Source: an uncultured Verrucomicrobiae bacterium (GTDB lineage: Bacteria > Verrucomicrobiota > Verrucomicrobiia > Chthoniobacterales > UBA10450). From it: a DNA stretch of 64,000 nucleotides. Both the position numbers and the translations under genes were made by a program. This document shows positions 20,175 through 29,674 of the stretch, piece by piece; within the stretch, counting starts at the first letter, position 1; every line of letters starts with the position of its first letter. The DNA is taken from contig CAVWPA010000001.1 in the NCBI GenBank assembly GCA_963756875.1, positions 96,001 to 160,000 of the forward strand. Direction: 5' to 3'. The notes below the pieces were generated by a model. The model ran no database searches. It worked only from the letters and a program-made list of their open reading frames with translations, and was not told the origin of the DNA.

Positions 20175-22643
20175 CTAAACGGCGGCGTCAAGATCTACCA
20201 GAATCTCGCGCGGCTTTGCACCTTCGCCGGGACCCAAAATACCGCGCTGCTCGAGAATATCAACGATGCGCGCCGCGCGTGTGTAGCCGAGACGAAGCCG
20301 GCGCTGCAACAATGAGGTGGATGCGCGCTTTTCCTGGCGGATGATTTCGAGACATTTTTCCACAAGCTCTTCGTCTTCGTCGCTCACCTCCTCTGCGGGC
20401 GCCGCAGTGGATTCCAGTTTTTCATGCATGGTCGGGTCGAAAGCGGGGCGGCCCTGCCCGGAAACAAATTCTACGAGGCGCCGGATCTCTTCGTCGGTCA
20501 CCAGGACGCCTTGAGCGCGGGTCAATCGCGAAGCGCTCGGCGGAAGATAAAGCATGTCTCCCTGGCCTAACAAACGGTCCGCGCCGTTCTCATCGAGAAT
20601 CACCCGGCTATCGATCTTGCTCGCGACCTGAAAGGCAATCCGGCTTGGAATGTTGGCTTTGATCACGCCGGTGATGACGTCGGCCCGCGGCGTTTGAGTG
20701 GCGACAATCAAATGAATGCCGGCCGCGCGCGCCATTTGCGTGATCCGCGCAATCGCGCTCTCCACATCGGCCGGCGCCGTTTGCATCAAATCGGCCAGCT
20801 CGTCGATGACGACGACGAAATAAGGTAATTTGTCCGGGATCGGAATTTCAGCTTTTTCCGCTTCTGTAGTGGCAGCCGTGTCGGCTGCGTTTGAAGATTT
20901 TGCAGGCGACACGCCTGCCTCTACAGCATCAGCGTCATGCTTCTTTTTCACTGGTCGCCCGTTAAAACCAATGATGTTACGGACTCCAACCCGCGCGAAA
21001 AGTTTATAGCGCCGCTCCATTTCATCGATGAGCCAGCGCAAGGCGAGCAGCACTTTTTTGGGATCGGTCACGACGGGGAAGGCCAGATGAGGCAGCGAAT
21101 TGTAAAGCTGCATCTCCACAACTTTGGGATCGATCATGATAAAACGCAGTTCTTCCGGTGTGAAACGGAAGAGCATGCTGGCGATGAGCGCGTTGATGCA
21201 GACGCTTTTGCCGCTGCCAGTCGTCCCGGCGACCAGTAAATGCGGCATTTGTCCCAGATCGGTGATGATGGCCTTGCCGTACACGTCTTTGCCCAGAGCG
21301 AGCGGGATTCGCGCGTGCGTTCTCGCTTCCTCCCAGTCCGGCGATTCCAACAGTTCCCGCAGCGTGACAGTCACTTTGCGCGTGTTCGCGAGCTCGATTC
21401 CCACCGTGTCCTTACCCGGGATCGGCGCGAGAATGTTGATCCGCTCAGCGCGAGTGGCCCGGGCCAGGTCGCGTTCGAGGCTGACGATTTTGTCCACCCG
21501 AACCCCCTTGGCCGGATAGACTTCGTAGCGCGTAATTGTCGGTCCTTTGGTAATGTCGCCCGCTGCGACCGCAATTCCGAATTGGCCGAGCGTTTCAATC
21601 AAAGTCTGCTGAACGCGTTGCAGCTCTGCCGGGTCGGCTCCGCCGCGCCCTTCGGGATCGTGTTCGGCGAGCAGGTCGAGCCCGGGGAGCGTGTAAGTTT
21701 TCGGGTCCCAGACCCGGCTCGTTAGGCCAGGCGTCGCCACCGCTCTTTTCCCGCCGCCGCGCAACTCGGCGAGCGACGGTTTCCTGCGTGGCGTCGCTGC
21801 GTCGCTTGGCAGCGCAGTGGTATCGACCACTTTCGGTTTCGGGCGATCGGCCAGTTCTTCAGGCGAAATGAATGTGGCTGCCGGTTCGGGCACCGCGGCA
21901 CCCTTTTTCTTTAATCGTTTCTCAAGCTGGCGGCTTTGCTTTGCCAGCTCCTTTTGGCTGATCTCGAGCTGGCCTTTAAGATCCGATTTTCGCAGTTGCC
22001 GATGCAAACGCCATTCGTGCAATTTGGCGAAGGCCGCGCGTGTGCCCAATACCGTTTGCCTGACCAGATAAATCGGCCGCAGCCCGGTCATAAGAATTAA
22101 CGTTGCAACGTAAACACCGGCGAGAAGAATGAGCGATCCGACTTTGCCCATGGAGCTGAGCAGCAGCGTTTTTCCAAAAAAGTAGCCGATCCAGCCGCCG
22201 GGACCGGGGATATTGAAAGCTGCTTTCCAACCCAGGAGATGGCGTGTCTGCAATTGCAACAGGCAGGCCCCGGACGCGATGAACAAAACCATCCACGGGA
22301 GGCGCCGCGTCACGCGTAAACTCGGGTGGAACAGTTTTGCGGCGCCGAAACCGAGCAGGATCGCCGCGAGCAAGTACGACGCGGCACCAATCATGAAGTA
22401 GCAAATACTTGCCAGGATTGCGCCGAACGGTCCGATGAAGTTCTGGGCCGGCCAGTTGGGCGGGGAGAGATAGCTCCACGGCACCCAGGACGGAAGATCC
22501 TTTGGATTGTACGAAACCAGCGCGAGAAAAGTTACAGTTCCGACGACAAGCAGAATGAGAGCGAAGACTTCGTTCCAGGCGTTGCTTTTTTTTGCGCTGC
22601 GTGCCACCGGCCAAGATAGTAATCCCGTGCTCGCGCCTTTCAA
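20175..22643 (-). CDS. ftsK: DNA translocase FtsK/SpoIIIE
   Basis: N-terminal TM domain; MPHLLVAGTTGSGKS, IDPK, IDELADLM, ATQTP and gamma domain SLLQRRLRLGYTRAAR. Confidence 0.97.
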   Translation of the reverse strand: MKGASTGLLSWPVARSAKKSNAWNEVFALILLVVGTVTFLALVSYNPKDLPSWVPWSYLSPPNWPAQNFIGPFGAILASICYFMIGAASYLLAAILLGFGAAKLFHPSLRVTRRLPWMVLFIASGACLLQLQTRHLLGWKAAFNIPGPGGWIGYFFGKTLLLSSMGKVGSLILLAGVYVATLILMTGLRPIYLVRQTVLGTRAAFAKLHEWRLHRQLRKSDLKGQLEISQKELAKQSRQLEKRLKKKGAAVPEPAATFISPEELADRPKPKVVDTTALPSDAATPRRKPSLAELRGGGKRAVATPGLTSRVWDPKTYTLPGLDLLAEHDPEGRGGADPAELQRVQQTLIETLGQFGIAVAAGDITKGPTITRYEVYPAKGVRVDKIVSLERDLARATRAERINILAPIPGKDTVGIELANTRKVTVTLRELLESPDWEEARTHARIPLALGKDVYGKAIITDLGQMPHLLVAGTTGSGKSVCINALIASMLFRFTPEELRFIMIDPKVVEMQLYNSLPHLAFPVVTDPKKVLLALRWLIDEMERRYKLFARVGVRNIIGFNGRPVKKKHDADAVEAGVSPAKSSNAADTAATTEAEKAEIPIPDKLPYFVVVIDELADLMQTAPADVESAIARITQMARAAGIHLIVATQTPRADVITGVIKANIPSRIAFQVASKIDSRVILDENGADRLLGQGDMLYLPPSASRLTRAQGVLVTDEEIRRLVEFVSGQGRPAFDPTMHEKLESTAAPAEEVSDEDEELVEKCLEIIRQEKRASTSLLQRRLRLGYTRAARIVDILEQRGILGPGEGAKPREILVDLDAAV
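20864..20926. repeat. GTAG-type REP doublet (63 bp) inside ftsK
   Basis: ctGTAGtggcagccgtgtcggctgc...gcaggcgacacgcctgcctCTACag. Confidence 0.9.
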
Positions 22644-22654
22644 TCCCTCTTACG

Positions 22655-22801
22655 AGTTACTCCTGCTCTTGCTCGTGATCGAACCCGCAATTGGATCAGA
22701 GTCGCGCTCCTGCTCCTGCTCATGATCATGCTCCTGCTCCTGATCGATCAGCGGAATTCGATCAGGATCATGAGCAGGATCAGGATCATGATGAGGACCA
22801 G
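22655..22801. repeat. Inverted hexamer arrays (CTCCTG/ATCATG and GAGCAG/GATCAG)
   Basis: ctcctgctcctgctcatgatcatgctcctgctcctg ... gatcaggatcatgagcaggatcaggatcatgatgaggacca. Confidence 0.75.
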
Positions 22802-22862
22802 GAGTCCGCTGCGCTTTCGCCTTGCGTTACCGGCTGCTCGCCCGTTAGTCTCCCTGCGCACT

Positions 22863-23090
22863 ATGCGATTTCGTCTTGGGAAATGCGTCGCGATTCTGGG
22901 TGGCGCGGCGGGAATGCTGATCTTCTGTTCGTGCGAAAAACATCACGTAGGCGAAATGCCGGAGGTGCAGCGAGAACATCCCGATCTGGTTACCGGGTCG
23001 GGGGAGGCTCCGGCTGCGGGTTCGGAAACATCACCATCGCCCTCGCCGTCGGCCAAGCCGACACCGGGTGAGTATTTCCCGGGAACCTAG
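22863..23090 (+). CDS. Small putative lipoprotein
   Basis: MRFRLGK, hydrophobic stretch and lipobox-like FCSC; Ser/Pro-rich tail. The longer ORF start at 22722 lies in a repeat. Confidence 0.6.
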   Translation: MRFRLGKCVAILGGAAGMLIFCSCEKHHVGEMPEVQREHPDLVTGSGEAPAAGSETSPSPSPSAKPTPGEYFPGT

Positions 23091-23111
23091 GACCGTTAGG
23101 CAAATAAGAAC

Positions 23112-24608
23112 ATGGCCAAAGCTCAATACCTGACTACGCCGCCGAAGATCGCCACCATGCCGCCCGGCGTGCCGTACATCGTTGGGAACGAGGCCGCAGA
23201 ACGATTTTCGTATTACGGGATGAATTCCGTCCTGACCATTTTCATGACCACCTATCTCGTAAACAAGGTGGGTCATCTGGATGTAATGGCCCCGGCAAGA
23301 GCCGAAGCGTGGTATCACACTTTTGTTACATCGCTTTACCTGCTGCCAATTCTCGGCGCGGTTCTCGCCGATGCGATCTTCGGCAAATTCTGGGTCGTGT
23401 TTTGGCTGTCGATCGTTTACTGCGGGGGACATCTCACCCTGGCTCTGATGGGTTCCTCGGTCGCGCACGCGATTGAGCCGCGCTATCTTCTCGCGATCGG
23501 TCTTCTCTTGATCGCGCTCGGCGCCGGCGGAATTAAACCCTGCGTTTCAACAAACGTCGGCGATCAGTTCGGCGAATCGAACAAGCACTTACTGACTCGG
23601 GTGTTTAACTGGTTTTATTTTTCCATCAACGCCGGGTCCGCCATTTCGACGTTGCTCATTCCATGGCTCCTGGCGCCGGCAAGCGGGCTTCCAAACTGGC
23701 TCACGAATTTGTTGCCGACTTCCGTCTCAAATTTCCTGGTGAGTCCGCAACTGCACAGCCCGGACTTCGCATTTGGCCTTCCGGGCGTTTTCATGGCCAT
23801 CGCCACGGTCATTTTCTGGATGGGACGCAAGAAATTTGTCCATATCCCGCCAGTTGGGCTGCGACCGTACGGACGCGAGATTTTCAGCAAGGAAACATTC
23901 AAGATCCTGCTCAACATTTTGCTGCCTGTCCCGTTTATGGCCATGTTTTGGGCTTTATGGCAGCAGAATTTTTCCTCATGGATCGTTCAAGCGCAGTCAA
24001 TGGATCGACATCTCTTCGGGATTAACTGGCTGTCGTCGCAAATCCAGACCGTTAATCCGATTTTCATTCTGGTCATGCTGCCGCTCTTTTCCTATTTCCT
24101 TTATCCCGCCGTCGAGAAGCTGATTCCGCTGAGTCCGCTGCGGAAGATGGGCGCCGGATTATTTGTCGCTGCGGCATCGTTTTTTTTGGTGGCGATGATT
24201 CAAACGCGCATTGACGGCGGCGCGCGACCCAGCATCATCTGGCAGATTTGGGCGTTTGTGATCTTAACGGCCTCTGAAACGCTGGCCTCGCCGACTCACC
24301 TTGAGTTCTCCTACACGCAAGGACCAGTCAAGCTCAAGTCGCTTTGCATGTGTACCTATTTGCTCGCGATCTCACTCGGGAATGCTTTCACCGCCGGAGT
24401 CAATTTCTTCATCGAAAATCCGGACGGATCCGTGAAGCTGCAGGGAGCGAGTTACTTTATGTTCTTTTTCTGGATCATGCTGGGAACGGCGGTGCTGTTT
24501 GCCATCGTGACGCCGTTTTACAAGGGCCGGACGTATCTGCAGGATCAAACGAAGGTTACCGGTGACGCGGAGCCGGCGGTGGGATTTGCGGTTCAACCGG
24601 AGTCATAG
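23112..24608 (+). CDS. POT/PTR family proton-dependent oligopeptide transporter
   Basis: EAAERFSYYGM (ExxERFxYYG), GGIKPCVS..GDQF and FYFSINAG motifs. Confidence 0.95.
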   Translation: MAKAQYLTTPPKIATMPPGVPYIVGNEAAERFSYYGMNSVLTIFMTTYLVNKVGHLDVMAPARAEAWYHTFVTSLYLLPILGAVLADAIFGKFWVVFWLSIVYCGGHLTLALMGSSVAHAIEPRYLLAIGLLLIALGAGGIKPCVSTNVGDQFGESNKHLLTRVFNWFYFSINAGSAISTLLIPWLLAPASGLPNWLTNLLPTSVSNFLVSPQLHSPDFAFGLPGVFMAIATVIFWMGRKKFVHIPPVGLRPYGREIFSKETFKILLNILLPVPFMAMFWALWQQNFSSWIVQAQSMDRHLFGINWLSSQIQTVNPIFILVMLPLFSYFLYPAVEKLIPLSPLRKMGAGLFVAAASFFLVAMIQTRIDGGARPSIIWQIWAFVILTASETLASPTHLEFSYTQGPVKLKSLCMCTYLLAISLGNAFTAGVNFFIENPDGSVKLQGASYFMFFFWIMLGTAVLFAIVTPFYKGRTYLQDQTKVTGDAEPAVGFAVQPES

Positions 24609-24615
24609 CATCAAA

Positions 24616-26349
24616 ATGAAAAGAACGGTTCTCGCAGCGATGCTTTTTGTGCTGCTATCGATCCCCGTGGCCAACGCGAATCCCAAGGACGACGCGTTCG
24701 AGAAAATCGCCAGGGATTATGTGGAAGGGTATCTCGCCGAGCATCCCGAACGGGCCACCGAGCTTGGCGACCATCGTTTTGACGATCAACTGAGCGATTA
24801 CTCGGCCGCCACGCGAACCCGGCAGCTGGCCCGGGCAAAACAGTTTCGCGAAGAGCTAAAAAAATTCGACGATTACACTCAGCTAACGGGCCCGAATCGG
24901 GTGGATGTCCGCATCCTGCGCGACAACGTCGATAACGAAATCTTCCAGTTGGAAGAGTTGAAGGAACCCGATTGGAACCCATTGGTTTACACTCAGAGCC
25001 TCGCCGACAGCCTTTATCTCATTGTCGCACGCGAATTCGACACGCCGGAAAATCGCATTCCGAACCTGCGCAAACGCATGGAAGCGATCCCGCTTGTGAT
25101 CGAGGAAGCCGAGAAAAATCTGCAGCATCCGCCGCGTATCCACACGGAGACGGCGATCGAACAGACCGAAGGCGCAATCAAACTGGTGCGCGAGGGGCTC
25201 TCACCGCTTCTGGATCGGGCGCCGCAAATGAAGAAAGATCTCGCGCCGGTCCAGGAAAAAACAGCGAAGGCGTTGGAGGCCTACAAGAAGTGGTTGCAAA
25301 ACGATCTGCTTAAACGTTCCGACGGCAACTTCCGCCTCGGCGCTGAGAAGTACCGTAAGAAATTGCATTTCGCGCTCGCCTCGGACCTGTCGATGGAAGA
25401 AATCATGAAACGGGCGCAAACCGATCTGCATCAAACGCAGGACGCTCTTTATGAAACGGCGCTTCCGCTTTACAAAAAATATTTTCCGAAGGCCGATCAG
25501 GCAGCGCTCAACGACAAAAAGAAAGTCACGACTGCGGTCTTGAACAAGCTGGCCGAGCAGCGCCCGGACGACAACACGATCGTCGGGTTCTGCCAGAAGG
25601 TGGTCAGCGAGGCGACTAATTTTGTAAAGTCACACAACCTTGTCACCGTCCCGAACACACCGCTCGATGTGATTATCATGCCCGAATTCAAGCGGGGCGC
25701 GGCGGTTGCGTATTGCGACGCCGCGGGGCCGCTTGAGAAGCACGGCAAGACGTTTTTCGCCGTGGCGCCGACGCCTGACGATTGGTCGAAGGAACGAAAG
25801 GAATCTTTTTTCCGCGAATATAACAATTACATGATCCGCGATCTTACGGTGCACGAGGCGATGCCCGGGCATTATCTCCAGCTTGCTCATGCCAACGAGT
25901 TTCACGCTCCGACCCTGGTGCGCGCGATTTTCGAGAGCGGCACGTTCATCGAAGGCTGGGCGGTTTACTGCGAGCAGATGATGGCCCAGCAGGGCTATGG
26001 CGGACCCGATGTGAAAATGCAGCAGCTAAAGATGCGGCTGCGCGTCGATTGCAACGCCATTCTCGATCAGAGTATCCACGCTGGAAACATGACCGAAAAG
26101 GAAGCAATGGATTTAATGATGAAGGAAGGATACCAGCAGGAGGGCGAGGCGGTTGCGAAATGGAAACGCGCCCAGCTCACCTCCGCGCAGCTCTCCACCT
26201 ACTTTGTCGGAGTGAGCGAGCATCTCGATCTCCGCGCGGCTGCGGAAAAGAAGCTGGGCAAGGATTTCGATCTGGAGAAGTACAACGACCAGGTGATTTC
26301 ATACGGCAGCCCGCCGGTAAAATACGTCCGCGAATTGATGGGGCTGTGA
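24616..26349 (+). CDS. DUF885 family secreted putative metallopeptidase
   Basis: Signal peptide MKRTVLAAML; HEAMPGHYLQ and FIEGWAVY motifs. Confidence 0.88.
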   Translation: MKRTVLAAMLFVLLSIPVANANPKDDAFEKIARDYVEGYLAEHPERATELGDHRFDDQLSDYSAATRTRQLARAKQFREELKKFDDYTQLTGPNRVDVRILRDNVDNEIFQLEELKEPDWNPLVYTQSLADSLYLIVAREFDTPENRIPNLRKRMEAIPLVIEEAEKNLQHPPRIHTETAIEQTEGAIKLVREGLSPLLDRAPQMKKDLAPVQEKTAKALEAYKKWLQNDLLKRSDGNFRLGAEKYRKKLHFALASDLSMEEIMKRAQTDLHQTQDALYETALPLYKKYFPKADQAALNDKKKVTTAVLNKLAEQRPDDNTIVGFCQKVVSEATNFVKSHNLVTVPNTPLDVIIMPEFKRGAAVAYCDAAGPLEKHGKTFFAVAPTPDDWSKERKESFFREYNNYMIRDLTVHEAMPGHYLQLAHANEFHAPTLVRAIFESGTFIEGWAVYCEQMMAQQGYGGPDVKMQQLKMRLRVDCNAILDQSIHAGNMTEKEAMDLMMKEGYQQEGEAVAKWKRAQLTSAQLSTYFVGVSEHLDLRAAAEKKLGKDFDLEKYNDQVISYGSPPVKYVRELMGL

Positions 26350-26397
26350 GATTGTAGGGCGTTCGCCGCGGCGAACGCCCTACAATTTGATCGTATC

Positions 26398-27036
26398 ATG
26401 CCGAACCTGGTCACATGGCTGCGCGAGAAGGACGTGAAATGGTTTCAACCGTTTTTCGCAAAGCACCCCGGCCTTCGCATTTGCAACGTCCGGGAAAATA
26501 CCGTGGTCCTGGAAGAAATGGAGGGCTTGCTTTTGACCGGAGGCTCCGATATCGCTCCGGAATTTCTTCGGCAGGAGGTTGTTGATCCCGGCGTGCTTGA
26601 GAAAGATGTCGACCCGGAACGGGACCGCTGGGAATTCGAAGCCCTCGAGCTGGCGATCGCGCAGGGGATCCCGATCCTGGCTATTTGCAAAGGCCTGCAG
26701 GTTCTTAATGTAGCGCTCGGCGGCACGCTCAAACTCGACATTCAAGGCCACAACCTGCCGGAACAAAAAGAGCGCGACATCCAGCCGCTGCGGCACGATG
26801 TCCGGGCGCAGCATCGGTTTGAGAAAGTGAACAGCCTGCATCATCAGGCGATTGACCGGTTGGGCAACGAGCTGGAGATCGAAGCCTGGTGCGCCGCCGA
26901 CGATATCATCGAACAGGTCCGGCTGCGCGATCATCCGTTTGCCGTGGGAGTGCAATATCATCCGGAACGCGGAAAGATTTACGACGGACTATTCGAGGAT
27001 TTCTTTTCGCATGTAAGAAATCTGTTGAATCGTTAG
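26398..27036 (+). CDS. Peptidase C26 / gamma-glutamyl-gamma-aminobutyrate hydrolase family
   Basis: GLLLTGGSD, LAICKGLQ, VNSLHHQAI and VQYHPE (Cys-His-Glu triad). Confidence 0.9.
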   Translation: MPNLVTWLREKDVKWFQPFFAKHPGLRICNVRENTVVLEEMEGLLLTGGSDIAPEFLRQEVVDPGVLEKDVDPERDRWEFEALELAIAQGIPILAICKGLQVLNVALGGTLKLDIQGHNLPEQKERDIQPLRHDVRAQHRFEKVNSLHHQAIDRLGNELEIEAWCAADDIIEQVRLRDHPFAVGVQYHPERGKIYDGLFEDFFSHVRNLLNR

Positions 27037-27092
27037 ACTCGAAAGACGGAACCATGTAACCATATAACGGTTTAACGAATCACGTTTCTGTC

Positions 27093-27974
27093 ATGTCCAC
27101 GCCGCAAAATACCATCGCCATCGTTTACGATTACGATCAAACGCTCAGTCCCAGTTACATGCAGGACGAGGTGCTCTTTCCCCGGTTTGGAATTGATGGC
27201 GGAAAGTTTTGGAAACGTTGCACCGAGCTCGTGCGCGAGGGGAACTACGATAACGAGCTCGCTTACATGAAAGTGCTCCTCGACACGCTCGGCATGGACA
27301 GGCCGACCAATGCGGAGCTGGAAAAGCTTGGCGCGAATTTGAATTTTTACAAAGGACTTCCAGAGATGTTCGAGGAGTTCCGCGACGGCCTGTTAAGCGC
27401 GGAACACAAAGCACATGGCGTTACCGTCGAGCATTACATCATCTCATCGGGCCTGAAGGTGCTGCTCGATGGAAGCCGCCTTCAGCCCTACGTGCGGGCC
27501 ATCTTCGGCTGCGAATTTGCCGAGGACGAACAGGGTCGAATCACGTTTCCGAAGCGCGTCATCAGTCACACGCAGAAGACGCAGTTTTTGTTTCGAATTA
27601 ACAAGGGCCTGCTCGACATGGCGCAGGACGTCAACGATCACATGGAGCAGGATATCCGTCCGGTGCCGTTCCTGAACATGATTTACGTCGGTGACGGCCC
27701 CACCGACGTCCCCTGCTTCACAGTAATGAAGAAAAACGGCGGGCAGGCCATCGCCGTTTATAATCCTGACGATCCGCAGCGTGCCGGTTTTAAAAAGTGT
27801 TACCAGCTTTCGACCCATGCGGACCGGGTCAAACACATCGCGCCGTCGGATTATCGGCCGAACACGCACCTGCGCATGCTGCTCGAACAAATGGTGGAAG
27901 AAATTGCCGACCGTATCGTCGAACAGCGCAAGACCGCGATCGAGACCGGCACCGTCCACGCGCCGAAACACTGA
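27093..27974 (+). CDS. HAD-superfamily hydrolase
   Basis: YDYDQTL (motif I), ISSG, K and YVGDGPTD (motif IV). Confidence 0.88.
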   Translation: MSTPQNTIAIVYDYDQTLSPSYMQDEVLFPRFGIDGGKFWKRCTELVREGNYDNELAYMKVLLDTLGMDRPTNAELEKLGANLNFYKGLPEMFEEFRDGLLSAEHKAHGVTVEHYIISSGLKVLLDGSRLQPYVRAIFGCEFAEDEQGRITFPKRVISHTQKTQFLFRINKGLLDMAQDVNDHMEQDIRPVPFLNMIYVGDGPTDVPCFTVMKKNGGQAIAVYNPDDPQRAGFKKCYQLSTHADRVKHIAPSDYRPNTHLRMLLEQMVEEIADRIVEQRKTAIETGTVHAPKH

Positions 27975-28041
27975 CGTGGCACCGGCATCTTGCCGATGAC
28001 TCATGGGTTGGCCTCCGGCTCGGAGAGAAGCCCATGCCACA
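27974..28041. repeat. GTGG-type palindromic repeat (second copy at 28821-28872)
   Basis: acgtggcaycggcatcttgycgatrastcatggg...aagcccatgccaca is shared by both copies. Confidence 0.75.
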
Positions 28042-28189
28042 GCCGTCCGTCGATTTTCCGCAAGCGGGGAAAGCGAACAGAATAAGTCGGACATCTCGGA
28101 GAGATGTCCCTGCCTGCGGTCAGACGCCTTACAGAGGCGTGGCTGCAGGCGCAATTTTCCGGCGGTGGTGGGGTACCCCCCTGTGAAAA

Positions 28190-28696
28190 CTAATTGCCTG
28201 TTGGCGGCCGAGGGACGCTCGATTGCATCATTTGTCTGACAGCTTGTCCCTTGAGCGTCTCCACGTTTACGTTGTCATTAACGACTCTGCCCTTGTCGTC
28301 GACTTCGACCCAGCGATCGCCGCCAATGTGCGTTCCTGTCTGCGCCGGGACATACACCAAATGCGTTTTCGTCGCGACCTTATCCTTTTTTAAATCGAAG
28401 TTGAGCGTTGCCGGTTTACCCGAACGCGCACTCGCATTTAGAATCGATGCTTTGACCGTTCCTTTAACGATCAGGGTCACTTTGTAGGATATTCCGAGCG
28501 CCATCCGATCTGAAAAATAATGGCCACGAGCGTCCGTCTTAACGGTCTTGGAGAATGTTCCGGTTCTTGCTTCAATCTTAACGTCCGCTCCTTTTATGGG
28601 ATGCCCGCTGGCATCTTTCACAATACCTTCAAGCGCGGGAGTTCCAGCGAACGCGACCGAACTCAATAGGAAAAAACAGATAGTGGTGAGTTTCAT
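28190..28696 (-). CDS. Secreted carboxypeptidase-regulatory-like (beta-sandwich) domain protein
   Basis: Signal peptide; LEGIVKDASGHPIKGADV...TDARGHY pattern. Confidence 0.8.
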   Translation of the reverse strand: MKLTTICFFLLSSVAFAGTPALEGIVKDASGHPIKGADVKIEARTGTFSKTVKTDARGHYFSDRMALGISYKVTLIVKGTVKASILNASARSGKPATLNFDLKKDKVATKTHLVYVPAQTGTHIGGDRWVEVDDKGRVVNDNVNVETLKGQAVRQMMQSSVPRPPTGN

Positions 28697-28875
28697 AGTT
28701 CCTCGATTTCTGGATCAATGGAACCATCTTTCCGCGCAGCAAAGCAAGGACTTTTAATCCACAAAATCCAATAAAGATGGGGTTAAACACAGGCCGCCGC
28801 TTTTTTCGCGGGGAGACTCGACGTGGCATCGGCATCTTGTCGATAAGTCATGGGCTGGAAGCCCATGCCACAACC

Positions 28876-29535
28876 TCACACGCCGCGCTGCGTGGGCGAC
28901 CAGATGAACTTGTGCATCTGGAGCTGAAAACGGACGTCCAGCTTGTCGGCCAGGATCCATTCCACGATCTGGCGGGGATCGATTCGGCCGAAAATCGGCG
29001 AGAAGAGAACCGCGCGACAACGCTTGACCAAATCAAAGCGTTGCACCTTGTCGCGGGACCATTCGTAATCTTCCCGCGAGCCCATTACGAATTTTACTTC
29101 GTCACCCGCCGTAAGATGATCGAGGTTCGACCAGAGGTTTTTGCCGGCTTCATCGCTGCCCGGCGTTTTCAGGTCCATGATCCGATGAACACGCGGATCG
29201 ACCGCCGAAATATCGTGCGCGCCGCTCGTTTCTAGCAGCACCGTATGTCCCGCGTCGCACAGCATCGACATCAACGGCAGCACATTTTTTTGCAGAAGCG
29301 GTTCGCCGCCGGTGATCTCGACCAGTGGACATTGAAAGGTCGCAACACGATCCATGATCTCCGGCAACGACATTTTTTCTCCTTCGTAAAATGCGTATTC
29401 GGTGTCGCAGTAACTACAGCGCAAATCGCAGAAAGTCAGCCGGACAAAAACGCAACGTTCTCCCGCCCAGGTGCTCTCTCCCTGGATGGACTCGTAGATC
29501 TCGTTAATGGTGAGCGTCTGTTCGCGGTTTGCCAT
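28876..29535 (-). CDS. queE: 7-carboxy-7-deazaguanine synthase (radical SAM)
   Basis: EIYESIQGE, FVRLTFCDLRCSYCDT, ITGGEPLLQ, LETSG and QLQMHKFIW motifs. Confidence 0.92.
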   Translation of the reverse strand: MANREQTLTINEIYESIQGESTWAGERCVFVRLTFCDLRCSYCDTEYAFYEGEKMSLPEIMDRVATFQCPLVEITGGEPLLQKNVLPLMSMLCDAGHTVLLETSGAHDISAVDPRVHRIMDLKTPGSDEAGKNLWSNLDHLTAGDEVKFVMGSREDYEWSRDKVQRFDLVKRCRAVLFSPIFGRIDPRQIVEWILADKLDVRFQLQMHKFIWSPTQRGV

Positions 29536-29674
29536 TGGTTTGTAGGGCGTCTGTTTCAGACGCCAGCGGTAATAGCCATCTCACAGAGACGGCCTACAAT
29601 ACCACGCAAAATATGGTCCCGCGCAGCAATTGGGCGTTGAACGTTACGCTTTCTGTCTTGAGAGTTCCAGCGCT

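Noticed and set aside
29536..29674. preQ1 riboswitch upstream of queE
   Set aside because: The region is occupied by a GTAG REP-like doublet (about 29541-29597); no preQ1 consensus was recognised.
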